Both the position numbers and the translations under genes were made by a program. Below, in pieces: positions 57,466 to 64,000 of a stretch of 64,000 nt of DNA. This DNA comes from Calditrichia bacterium (GTDB taxonomy: Bacteria > Calditrichota > Calditrichia > RBG-13-44-9 > J075): positions 2,467,374 through 2,531,373 of the forward strand of contig OZ245730.1 of the NCBI GenBank assembly GCA_965227145.1. The letters are read 5' to 3'. Under the pieces are notes generated by a model. That model saw only the letters and a program-made list of their open reading frames with translations. It did no database searches and was not told the origin of the DNA. The stretch's first letter is position 1. The number at the start of each line of letters is the position of its first letter.

Positions 57466-58596
57466 ATGACAAAAATTTTGATCATTGCAGGCGAAGCCTC
57501 CGGTGACAAACACGCGGCAGACCTGATTCTTGAATTACAAAATATTCATCCGGAAATAGAATTTACCGGCATTGGCGGTGATGATATGCAGCGTACCGGC
57601 GCACATCTGATTTATCACATTCGCCAGCTTGCGGTCCTCGGCATCACCGAAATTATCAAACACCTGCCGTTTATCCGGCAAGTTCAGCGAGATATTGTTG
57701 CGGAAATGAAAAGGGGAGTGGATGCCGTTATTTTGGTGGATTATCCCGGATTTAATTTGCGGATTGCCAAACTCGCCCACGAAGCGGGTATTCCGGTTAT
57801 CTACTATATCAGTCCGCAACTGTGGGCGTGGGGCGAAAAACGGGTTGAGAAAGTCCGGAAATACATTGATTTACTGTTGATACTGTTCCGATTCGAAGTT
57901 GATTTTTATGCCAATCATGGCATAAATGCGAAATTTGTCGGACATCCGCTGGTTGATCAGGTGCAAATTTCCCAATCCGAAGACGACTTCCGGAAGCAAA
58001 CCGGTATTGCACCCGGACAACAAATTCTCGGTTTATTTCCCGGATCGCGGGAGATGGAAGTGCGCAAACTGCTGCCGGTAATGGTTGCGGTTGCGACCAT
58101 CATCAGAGATCAATTTGGAGCAATTCCGGTAATCGGCAAAGCAAGCCAACTGCCGGATGAGCTTTATCAGGAAGTTATCAAATCTAATGATATCAAAATT
58201 GTGGAAGGCAAATCGCATCAATTGATGCGATATTCTCATGCAACAATGGTTGCCAGCGGCACCGCAACGCTGGAAATGGGTTTTCTCCAAACGCCAATGG
58301 CTGTGCTTTACGAGGTATCGCCGATTACATATTGGCTGGGACGATTTTTGGTGAAAATTGATAAAATTGCATTGGCAAACATTGTTGCCGGTGAAAAAGT
58401 TGTCCCCGAATTTATCCAGAAAGAAATTACCACCGATGCCGTAAGTGCTGCAATTGCGCGCTATTTCACTGATCAAAAATATTATGAAGCCGTAAAATCC
58501 CGATTGAGTGTAATCAAAGATGCACTTGGAAAGCCGGGCGCATCTCTCCGGGCTGCCAAACAAATTAGCATGTTTTTAAAAAACATGAACAAATAA
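57466..58596 (+). CDS. lpxB: Lipid-A-disaccharide synthase
   Basis: AGEASGD, VDYPGFNLR, YYISPQLWAW, FVGHPL, PGSR..E, ASGTATLE, LANIVAG. Confidence 0.96.
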   Translation: MTKILIIAGEASGDKHAADLILELQNIHPEIEFTGIGGDDMQRTGAHLIYHIRQLAVLGITEIIKHLPFIRQVQRDIVAEMKRGVDAVILVDYPGFNLRIAKLAHEAGIPVIYYISPQLWAWGEKRVEKVRKYIDLLLILFRFEVDFYANHGINAKFVGHPLVDQVQISQSEDDFRKQTGIAPGQQILGLFPGSREMEVRKLLPVMVAVATIIRDQFGAIPVIGKASQLPDELYQEVIKSNDIKIVEGKSHQLMRYSHATMVASGTATLEMGFLQTPMAVLYEVSPITYWLGRFLVKIDKIALANIVAGEKVVPEFIQKEITTDAVSAAIARYFTDQKYYEAVKSRLSVIKDALGKPGASLRAAKQISMFLKNMNK

Positions 58597-58848
58597 TTAA
58601 TCATATTGCAGTTCTTCTAACTCAGCTTCTTTTGAGTAAACAATTTTGCGAATGGTTTCGTGCGATAGATATGCAAATTCGCGTTGCAATTGATCAATAA
58701 TTACTTTCGGGCGAGTTGCTTCCTTTAGCTTCGAGAATTTTTGACGGATGTAATAATCCCGGATTGCCCGCTCATTTAAAAATCCATTTTCCCAAAGCAG
58801 TTGAAATTGTTCATCCGAAACGTATGCTTTTAATGGGTTACCACGCAT
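58597..58848 (-). CDS. Small hypothetical protein, possible Mor-like helix-turn-helix
   Basis: RBS AGGAGGAG; 83 aa, basic and helical; RDYYIR..F...I.QLQ.EF.YLSHETIRKIVY resembles Mor-type C-terminal HTH. Confidence 0.6.
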   Translation of the reverse strand: MRGNPLKAYVSDEQFQLLWENGFLNERAIRDYYIRQKFSKLKEATRPKVIIDQLQREFAYLSHETIRKIVYSKEAELEELQYD

Positions 58849-59190
58849 GTATCACTCCTCCTAAATAGTTGATTATTCAGAACATAAAACCCCGAAATAC
58901 AGCTCATACATGGTAGCAAATTAGATTCGATGCACCGCTCCTGTTTGGATAAACGAATACCGGAATTGTACATAAACCGGTTATTTTAGCAATTTTGGTA
59001 AATCAATTTTGGCGGGTAACGTTTAGTTCAATCACAACGCTTTGTTTGTATAACATCAGTATTATGTTACATTTAAATATATTCATTCAATAAAAACAAG
59101 GGATTTTTTTCCCCCTTAAATAAAATTAGTCGTTCAAAAATTGCCCGGTTTTCGGTAACATACTGAAATCATGAATGGAGGATAATTTAT

Positions 59191-59523
59191 ATGAATTTCA
59201 TTTTTAAAGTAGCGATATTAAGCGGCATCATCTTTTTGGTAGCTCAGTTTCTTCCCGGTATTCGTTTGAAAAATTACACAACGGCGTTAATTGTTGCCGT
59301 CGTTTATGCGCTATTAAATGCATTATTTTTCTGGGTTTTGTTTATCATTTCACTACCTGCGGTGCTCATTACTTTCGGGTTATTTGTGTTTGTTATCAAC
59401 GCAGGATTGCTGTGGGTTACGGATAAGTTGATCGAAGATTTTGAAATAAAGAACATACCGACGCTCTTTTTAGCAGCTTTATTTATTACCATCGGTTCGC
59501 AAATTGCGCAGTGGCTGTTTTAA
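59191..59523 (+). CDS. 4-TM membrane protein, phage holin superfamily IV (DUF360/YvlD-like)
   Basis: LPGI, A.....LLNA, P..LITFGLF..VINA, F.I motifs; RBS GGAGG. Confidence 0.85.
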   Translation: MNFIFKVAILSGIIFLVAQFLPGIRLKNYTTALIVAVVYALLNALFFWVLFIISLPAVLITFGLFVFVINAGLLWVTDKLIEDFEIKNIPTLFLAALFITIGSQIAQWLF

Positions 59524-59551
59524 AAAATTGCGGTTTCAATTGTATCTTTCT

Positions 59552-59584
59552 AAAGCACCGGGGAAATTTTTCCGGTGCTTTTTT
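59552..59584 (+). terminator. Intrinsic terminator after the holin-family gene
   Basis: AAAGCACCGG...CCGGTGCTTT followed by a T run. Confidence 0.7.
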
Positions 59585-59718
59585 CATTTATTTCATAAAT
59601 GTTGCAATATTATTTCTCCCTTTTTTGCCACCCGATTCATACTAAATTATGAATTCAAAAATATGAGAACTTGTTCAGTTTTTCTTCGTTCTATGTGACA
59701 TTAAGAACAAAGTAACTT

Positions 59719-61980
59719 ATGATTAAAGGAAACCAGATGGCATTTTCTGTTAGATTGTTAGAGCGAATTTGGGTATTACTGTTGCTTCTGAATATTGGAG
59801 TGTTGGCGCAGCCCGGCATAATTACCGGCTATGTTAAAGATGCCACATCCGGCGAAACCCTGATTATGGCGAATGTTTACATCGATGGAACCCAGCAAGG
59901 CACAACCACAAACAATAGCGGTTACTATACGATGCCAGATGTAAAACCGGGCGAATACACTTTGGTTGCCAGCTATATCGGTTTTCTGGATTTCCGTAAA
60001 AAAATCACGATTGCTCCAGGTTCTGCGCTGCGGATTGACATTGAGTTGAGCCCTGCTGTTGTGGAAGGCCAAACGGTTACTGTTGAGGCTGAATATTCTT
60101 TCGAGGAAGAAAAGCAGGTGGGCGTTCTGGATATGCAACCCGCACAAGTGCGCGATTTACCCGCAATTTTGGAAGCAGATTTATTTCGGGCAATTCAACT
60201 GCTGCCGGGTATAAAAGCCAGCTCTGATTTTTCCAGCGGGTTATATATTCGCGGCGGAAGCCAGGATCAAACACTGATTTTATTGGATCGTACCACCGTT
60301 TACAATCCTTCGCACTTTTTTGGGTTTTTCTCAACATTTAATCCAGATGCGATAAAGGATGTGCGAATTTACAAAGGCGGATATCCGGCAGAATATGGCG
60401 GAAGGCTTGGCTCGGTCATCGATATTTTTAATCGAGATGGCAACCGGAAGGAATTTCAGGGGCGATTGAGCGTTGGTTTACTGGCTTCGCGATTAAATCT
60501 GGAAGGACCGATTCCCAAAGGTTCGGTGATGTTTGCGCTGCGCCGCTCGACACTGGAGCCATTGCTGGCAGCTTTGCGCAACTCGATAGACGATGTGCCG
60601 GATGCGTTCTATTTTTACGATCTCAACGGGAAAATCAATTACGATCCCAACGAAAACAACCGGCTGAATTTTGCATTTTACGCCGGAACAGATAACGTCG
60701 AATTCCCGTTTGCAGAAGATGCGGAATTCAACCTGAATTACGGCAACCGAACATTCAGCACCAACTGGACGCACGTTTTCTCAAAAAAGCTGTTTTCGAA
60801 CTTTACGCTAACTGCATCAAATTATTTTAGTTATCCGCGTTTTTTAATCAACTCAACACCTTTTGAGCGAGACAATACAGTTAGCGATTATTCTGTAAAA
60901 GGTGATTTCGAATATATTCCGTCCGGAAAATTTCAGTTTAAAACCGGATTTTGGGCCGGTGCATTGGAGCTTGCCGTTCGGAACAGGTTTGATAATGAAG
61001 AAACGCTCAACGAAACCATCGATGCCAAATATGGCTCAGCTTATGTGGAAAATCAGTGGAAACCGTCCGAACGGATGAGTGTGAAAACCGGGCTTCGCGG
61101 CAGCTACATCGACAGCGGCGATTTTTATCGATTGGAACCGCGCATCTCCGCAGAATATTTTTACCGTACGGATATGCTGTTTCAGGTCGCATACGGGCGA
61201 TATTACCAATATTTAACGCTCATCACCAACGAAGCTTTCACCGGATTTGACACATGGCTAACCACTGACGATGGCGTGCCGCCGGCATGGGGCGATCAAT
61301 TTGTGGTCGCACTGAAAACCAAACCCAGCGAAACCTACAATTTTGATGTCGAGTTGTATTACCGCAACATGCGGGAATTATTCGAACTCGACCCGCGCGT
61401 GCAAGACCCCGCCGGACTGGATTACAACGAACTCTTTCGTTTCGGAAAAGGCTATGCGTACGGGGCGGAATTTTTTCTGCAAAAGCGCAAAGGCAAGCTC
61501 AACGGATTTTTGGGATACACATGGGGAACCAGCCGCCGCCGTTTCCCGGAATACAATAACGATCAGTATTATCCCCCCAAATTTGACCGGATTCACGATG
61601 TAAATTTGGTCATGAATTACCAATTGTCAAAAAAATGGCGTGCAACAGTCGTGTTTAATTACGCCACAGGGCAGGCATACACAGATGTTCTGGGCAGCTA
61701 CGAACTCAATTTCCCGACATCGTCGAACGAGTTGGACCCGTTCATTGTCGGCGGATTGAATGCCTCAAGATTGCCTGCGTATCACCGGCTTGACATTGGG
61801 TTTACCCGAAACGGTAAGCTCTTTAAATTGCCGTATGAATTGCAATTGCAGGTGATCAATTTGTATTCGAGACGCAACATTTGGTTCTATTCATACGACC
61901 TCACCGAAAACCCTATCGTGCGCGAAGACGTGCGAATGTTGCCGATTATCCCCAACATTTCGTTCACTATCGATTTCTAA
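59719..61980 (+). CDS. TonB-dependent receptor with N-terminal carboxypeptidase-regulatory-like domain
   Basis: G.VKDA.SGE.L; QLLPGI; GLYIRGGS.DQ.LILLD; HFFGFFSTFN; KGGYPAEYGGRL plug; LP.YHRLD; terminal Phe. Confidence 0.92.
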   Translation: MIKGNQMAFSVRLLERIWVLLLLLNIGVLAQPGIITGYVKDATSGETLIMANVYIDGTQQGTTTNNSGYYTMPDVKPGEYTLVASYIGFLDFRKKITIAPGSALRIDIELSPAVVEGQTVTVEAEYSFEEEKQVGVLDMQPAQVRDLPAILEADLFRAIQLLPGIKASSDFSSGLYIRGGSQDQTLILLDRTTVYNPSHFFGFFSTFNPDAIKDVRIYKGGYPAEYGGRLGSVIDIFNRDGNRKEFQGRLSVGLLASRLNLEGPIPKGSVMFALRRSTLEPLLAALRNSIDDVPDAFYFYDLNGKINYDPNENNRLNFAFYAGTDNVEFPFAEDAEFNLNYGNRTFSTNWTHVFSKKLFSNFTLTASNYFSYPRFLINSTPFERDNTVSDYSVKGDFEYIPSGKFQFKTGFWAGALELAVRNRFDNEETLNETIDAKYGSAYVENQWKPSERMSVKTGLRGSYIDSGDFYRLEPRISAEYFYRTDMLFQVAYGRYYQYLTLITNEAFTGFDTWLTTDDGVPPAWGDQFVVALKTKPSETYNFDVELYYRNMRELFELDPRVQDPAGLDYNELFRFGKGYAYGAEFFLQKRKGKLNGFLGYTWGTSRRRFPEYNNDQYYPPKFDRIHDVNLVMNYQLSKKWRATVVFNYATGQAYTDVLGSYELNFPTSSNELDPFIVGGLNASRLPAYHRLDIGFTRNGKLFKLPYELQLQVINLYSRRNIWFYSYDLTENPIVREDVRMLPIIPNISFTIDF

Positions 61981-62020
61981 ACTATGATGACTAATTGAAA
62001 AGCTGATAAAAAGGTATCCC

Positions 62021-62923
62021 ATGAAAACATATCGTAAGTTCATTTTATTCAGTGTATTAGCAACAATTTTCGGGTTCACGTTTTCCTGCGATGTGGAGAA
62101 CACCGATCAGTTTGAACCGGAATATGTTGTTGAATCCTACATGTATGCGCTGGAGCCGTTACCGGAAATCCGGCTGTCTCAAACCATCGGTTTTGGCAAA
62201 CCGTATAATTTTGAAGATCTGGCCATCAGCAATGCCAATGTTTCTGTTACTTTAGCCGGAATCAACAGCCCGGATGTCGAATTTCGTTATCAGGAAAGCG
62301 CCGAGCGCGGTGTCTATCTCCCGGAAAATAATACACATCTCGTGCAGCCGCTGCGTAGCTATTCGCTGGAAATAACCTTTCCCGACGACGATGCAATCCT
62401 CCGTTCCACTACGTTGGTGCCGGACACATTTCAGATTTTGACATCAACCGCGGATTCAGTGGTGTTCGGTTCTTCAGCTCAGTTGGAAATAGACCTGTCG
62501 TCCAGTTTTTATCCCGGTCGTCAAAATATTTATGTTTTTTCAACAGAATCTTTCGAACCGACAGTTGAAAATCTCACTCCTTTTTTCAACGATTTTTTTG
62601 ACGAGGAAGAGGATGATATCGAAGATTTTAGAATCAATGAATCGCCACCGTTTAACGAAGAAAATTACGACCGGAATCCGGATGGCTCCCTAACCATCAA
62701 ATTACCGTGGATTGCCATCACTTTTTTCGGTCCAAATCAAATTTCCGCAAATGCATTGGATGATAACATTTATAATTACATTACATCTGCGGTATTGCAA
62801 TCCGGCGGTTCTACGCTTTCGCCCGGCGAAATACCGAATATTATTGATCCGATTGATGGGGGAGTCGGTATCTTTGGCAGCTATGCCAGGGTAACAAAAA
62901 TGCTTTATGTTAAACGGCAATAG
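62021..62923 (+). CDS. DUF4249-family lipoprotein
   Basis: Lipobox TFSC; YVVESY; NA.V; ends NI...GG.GIFG, typical of DUF4249 partners of this TBDR type. Confidence 0.75.
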   Translation: MKTYRKFILFSVLATIFGFTFSCDVENTDQFEPEYVVESYMYALEPLPEIRLSQTIGFGKPYNFEDLAISNANVSVTLAGINSPDVEFRYQESAERGVYLPENNTHLVQPLRSYSLEITFPDDDAILRSTTLVPDTFQILTSTADSVVFGSSAQLEIDLSSSFYPGRQNIYVFSTESFEPTVENLTPFFNDFFDEEEDDIEDFRINESPPFNEENYDRNPDGSLTIKLPWIAITFFGPNQISANALDDNIYNYITSAVLQSGGSTLSPGEIPNIIDPIDGGVGIFGSYARVTKMLYVKRQ

Positions 62924-63052
62924 TGGTTGTGAAAATTCGTACTTTTTTATTAATTTCCTTTAATCAATGGTGATCAGTCATTAAAATATGGCATCTATTT
63001 AGAAATGATGTTATCTTGAAATGATTTTGAGAGGCGATTTGTCCCAATTGGC

Positions 63053-63664
63053 ATGAGAATAACAGCAGACAATATATCGAAATATTTCCAACGCCGGCAG
63101 GTGTTAAAAAACATCCATTTTCAGATCGATTCACCCGGCACACTGGTTGTTACCGGACCGAACGGAAGTGGAAAATCAACGCTTGTGCGGATCATTTGCG
63201 GCTTGATGGGTGCCTCCAATGGCACCGTCAGTTTTATTGAAAACGGGAAAACACTCGATCAGATTGATGCCGCACAGCAAATAGGGCTTGTCAGTCCATA
63301 CCTTCAATTATATAAAGATCTCACTGCCTGGGAAAACCTCAGTTTCTTTGCCAAATCCAGAACAGGACATGTTGAAAAAAAGCGGATTTTGGAATTACTA
63401 ACCGCAGTTGGGCTTCAGAATCGCCTGCACGATCCGCTCAGGGCATATTCATCGGGGATGTTGCAACGTGTAAAATATGCAGCAGCGCTGTATCACCAAC
63501 CGAAAGTCCTCATTTTGGATGAGCCGACGGCAAATCTGGATGAAACAGGGAAACAATGGGTTTACAGCATTATCGAAACTTACAGACAGTCAAACATTGT
63601 CATTATCGCGACCAATGAACCGGAGGAAGTTGTTCTTGCAACGCAGCGTGTGGATGTTACTTAA
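63053..63664 (+). CDS. ccmA: Heme exporter ATP-binding subunit CcmA-like ABC ATPase
   Basis: Walker A GPNGSGKS; LTAWENL; YSSGM.QR signature; LDEPTANLD; immediately upstream of ccmB. Confidence 0.8.
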   Translation: MRITADNISKYFQRRQVLKNIHFQIDSPGTLVVTGPNGSGKSTLVRIICGLMGASNGTVSFIENGKTLDQIDAAQQIGLVSPYLQLYKDLTAWENLSFFAKSRTGHVEKKRILELLTAVGLQNRLHDPLRAYSSGMLQRVKYAAALYHQPKVLILDEPTANLDETGKQWVYSIIETYRQSNIVIIATNEPEEVVLATQRVDVT

Positions 63665-64000
63665 ACAAGGTGGAATGGTTTTCGAAAAAGATTTGCGTTT
63701 GGAATTTCGCACGCGGTATGCATTAAATGCAATTGCCATGTTTGCGGTAATTACTTTAACGGCAGTAAGTTTTTCGATCGGACCGACAAAATTAAGCCCG
63801 GAAGTGCTGGCACCACTTTTTTGGATCATCCTGTTTTTTGCCGCGATGGCCGGGTTATCGCATGTTTTTGTTCGCGAAGAAGAGCAGCAAACCGCCGATA
63901 CACTGCGCCTCGTTTTACCGCCGAATGCAGTTTTGATTGGAAAATGGCTCTTTAATGTGGTATTATTATTCGGCTTGGAACTCATTATAGTGCCACTTTA
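63654..64000 (+). CDS. ccmB: Heme exporter protein CcmB (partial, runs off window end)
   Basis: My translation: MLLKQGGMVFEKDLRLEFRTRYALNAIAMFAVITLTAVSFSIG...LFWIILFFAAMAGLSHVFVREEEQQTADTLRL...GKW. KDLRLEFR and F..E...T...L are CcmB hallmarks; overlaps the ccmA end. Confidence 0.85.
   Translation, partial: MLLKQGGMVFEKDLRLEFRTRYALNAIAMFAVITLTAVSFSIGPTKLSPEVLAPLFWIILFFAAMAGLSHVFVREEEQQTADTLRLVLPPNAVLIGKWLFNVVLLFGLELIIVPL

Noticed and set aside
59191-59523. Holin as evidence of a prophage
   Set aside because: Superfamily IV (DUF360/YvlD-like) genes are common chromosomal genes; no endolysin, integrase or structural phage genes are nearby.
1-64000. CRISPR arrays, tRNA/rRNA genes, IS elements, integrases
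   Set aside because: No regularly spaced direct repeats, T-loop/cloverleaf signatures or transposase/recombinase motifs were recognised by eye; tRNAscan-SE, CRISPRCasFinder and ISEScan would confirm.

Overview
This 64 kb window is gene-dense chromosome from a diderm bacterium. The rplM-rpsI-rpsB-tsf-pyrH-frr order, an NYPNPFNP-type C-terminal sorting domain, HrcA and Ccm system I suggest an FCB-related lineage such as Calditrichota; this is an inference. I found no tRNA, rRNA, CRISPR array, transposase or integrase. Left to right: (1) a divergent redox cluster with three CX4CH monoheme cytochrome domains (one fused to a DUF5777-like beta-barrel), a second barrel, YceI and a type-1 copper protein; (2) hrcA-dnaJ-comEA; (3) a kinase-like/Omp85 fusion, mltF-like transglycosylase and SulP-STAS-cNMP; (4) DUF885, an APC permease and an AKR/Rid fusion; (5) a ~16 kb peptidoglycan/amino-sugar scavenging locus (GH3-AmiE fusion, two SSS transporters, a PhyH dioxygenase, murQ, nagB-PIG-L; divergently AraC, HGSNAT-like protein, PD40 propeller, secreted amidase); (6) a GT2, DUF2723, flippase-like, DUF4837, PfkB glycosylation operon; (7) a TonB receptor with lipoprotein; (8) thrABC, etfBA, the translation operon, lpxB; (9) a TonB receptor, DUF4249, ccmA and partial ccmB. 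The best candidates for undescribed systems are the cytochrome-porin/cupredoxin cluster (1) and the murein-scavenging locus that has a dioxygenase but no sugar kinase (5). All family calls come from motif recognition by eye, not database searches.
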